The notes under the pieces were generated by a model. It was given only the letters and a program-made list of their open reading frames with translations. It had not been told where the DNA came from and searched no databases. The translations under genes were made by a program, and so were the position numbers. A stretch of DNA of 25,001 nucleotides. Origin: Candidatus Methanoperedens sp. Lineage in GTDB: Archaea; Halobacteriota; Methanosarcinia; Methanosarcinales; Methanoperedenaceae. The DNA is taken from positions 1 through 25,001 of the forward strand of contig JAPZAO010000124.1 of NCBI GenBank assembly GCA_027460615.1, read 5' to 3'. Positions 23,816-25,001 of this stretch are shown one piece after another. How positions within the stretch are numbered: position 1 is the first letter of the stretch; each line of letters opens with the position of its first letter.

Positions 23816-24217
23816 ATGATTAACGAAATCAAAATCTCTCACCGTGATATTGAGCTTATAAAGGCAGAGCTTGAAGCCAACAAGCCCTACGAGGCCTGCG
23901 GCGTGCTGGTGGGAATCATCAACGGTAGCACCGCGCTCGTGGAAAAAGCCCTGCCTGTGACAAATACGAAGCGCACGAGGACAAGTTTTGAGCTTGACCC
24001 GAAAGAGCATTACAACGCATGGAATGAAGCCGAAAAGGATGGCATGGAGATTGTTGGTGTATATCATACTCATCCGGTTTCTTCTGCTGTGCCATCGCTG
24101 TGGGACAGGGAAACTATGCAGAACGATACTTCAGTGTGGCTTATCGCAGGCGCTGACGGGATGAGGGCGTATGTGTGGGAGAATGACGTGAAGGCTGTGA
24201 AAATTACGGAATATTGA
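23816..24217 (+). CDS. JAMM/MPN+ metalloprotease-domain protein
   Basis: 133 aa. YEACGVLVG (catalytic Glu region) and the complete HTHPVSSAVPSLWD motif (HxHx7Sx2D). The ATG lies 1 nt after the upstream TGA. Confidence 0.8.
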   Translation: MINEIKISHRDIELIKAELEANKPYEACGVLVGIINGSTALVEKALPVTNTKRTRTSFELDPKEHYNAWNEAEKDGMEIVGVYHTHPVSSAVPSLWDRETMQNDTSVWLIAGADGMRAYVWENDVKAVKITEY

Positions 24218-24407
24218 TGAAACTTCAAATTAGAGTTAATCTGAAAATTTCTTGCCTTTTCTTCTTATATTACTTGAATACTTTCTTTATTTAAAGGAAC
24301 AGAATAATGTTTTTGGAACATATCAGAGGATAATCGAACTACAAAAATTCCATCTTCTTCTTTAACAAGTACTCCAATTTTTTTACCGTTACATACTACG
24401 TCACCTA

Positions 24408-25001
24408 CTATTTCCATATCATCGCCCTCTCCAGCCCCTCCATCGCAACCTTATTCAACCGCTGCGCCCTTGCCTCGGTCTTCCCCTCTGAAAATACCCT
24501 TACCTTAGGCTCAGTCCCGCTCGCCCTCACAAGGAACCAGCCGTCAGTGTAATCCACGCGCACGCCATCCATATCCGACAACCGTTCGAAATCCTGGGGA
24601 ATCTCCTGCTTCAGCCTGTCCAGGATCGCCTCTGTGTCCGTACCTGCAGGAAGCGTTTTCGCATCTTTTATCTGGTAATATTTCGGATACGTTGCCACAA
24701 GCTCAGAAAGCGTCATCCCTTCCTTTGAAAGTATACCTGCCATTACCCCGGCAAGCATCGGCCCCTCGCGGCTCCACTCAAGCAGGACCGAGCCGTGTTC
24801 CTCAAGCCCAACCTGCGCCCCGCATAAGAGTTTTGCCTGCGCAAGATACGGCTCACCGACCGGCGTGTAAATAACCTCGGCGCCAAGGGTACCAGCAACG
24901 TGTTCAATGATGTTTGAGAATGCAATCGTCACAGCAATTATCTTTTTCTTGTCTTTACATTGCCGCAGCACATGGTCTGCAATTATCGATGCAGAAAAAT
25001 C
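24408..25001 (-). CDS. Phosphoglucomutase/phosphomannomutase-family protein (GlmM-like), 3' part; the 5' end lies beyond the window
   Basis: C-terminal domain signature FLVRASGTEPKVRVFSEG. The frame stays open to position 25001. The sugar-binding loop reads GLEEHGS instead of the more usual GxExSG. Confidence 0.7.
   Translation of the reverse strand, partial: DFSASIIADHVLRQCKDKKKIIAVTIAFSNIIEHVAGTLGAEVIYTPVGEPYLAQAKLLCGAQVGLEEHGSVLLEWSREGPMLAGVMAGILSKEGMTLSELVATYPKYYQIKDAKTLPAGTDTEAILDRLKQEIPQDFERLSDMDGVRVDYTDGWFLVRASGTEPKVRVFSEGKTEARAQRLNKVAMEGLERAMIWK

Noticed and set aside
17371-24073. Further embedded or antisense ORFs (17371-17622, 17684-17965, 19774-19998, 20023-20277, 21758-22180, 22293-22553, 22782-23141, 23142-23780, 23762-24073, 24692-24925)
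   Set aside because: The reasoning is the same. They overlap better-supported genes on the other strand or in another frame, and they lack motifs.

Overview
Archaeal-looking window. Shine-Dalgarno GGAGG sites, LISGC lipoboxes, the iron-sulfur-flavoprotein, DUF2769 and DUF763 gene content and a System I cytochrome c maturation gene suggest a Methanosarcinales/ANME-like host; this is inference, since no search was possible.

Positions 1-10.4 kb hold a minus-strand subtype I-B CRISPR-Cas locus. Its order is cas8b-cas7-cas5-cas3-(decayed cas6)-cas6-cas1-cas2-cas4-leader, followed by a two-repeat, one-spacer array. The locus is a compositional and structural mosaic:
- The cas8b-cas3 interference block is about 28-30% GC and begins and ends exactly at gene boundaries.
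- cas6-cas1-cas2 are mid-40s % GC, and cas4, the leader and the repeat are about 35%.
- The cas6/cas3 junction carries two partial cas6 copies, a roughly 55-bp repeat and iteron-like tandem repeats. A third, inverted copy of the 55-bp repeat lies beyond cas8b.
- The array abuts a 5'-truncated Ser/Thr kinase fragment of about 57% GC.

The plus strand from 10.4 to 21.5 kb carries:
- a small PIN-type toxin-antitoxin-like pair
- a CX5CX2C radical SAM protein with a helix-hairpin-helix tail
- a Cys-rich DUF2769-like protein overlapping a rubredoxin-flavoprotein fusion
- an envelope thiol-redox / cytochrome c maturation cluster: a Thr/Pro-rich lipoprotein, two paralogous thioredoxin-fold proteins, a PCYCGC-motif protein, CcdA, a NapH-like membrane polyferredoxin, and CcmF with an extra OB-like insert

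The right end has a DUF763-like gene divergent from a translationally coupled radical SAM-JAMM pair, and the 3' part of a PGM/PMM-family gene.

All family names come from motif recognition by eye. GC values are hand counts on sample lines.
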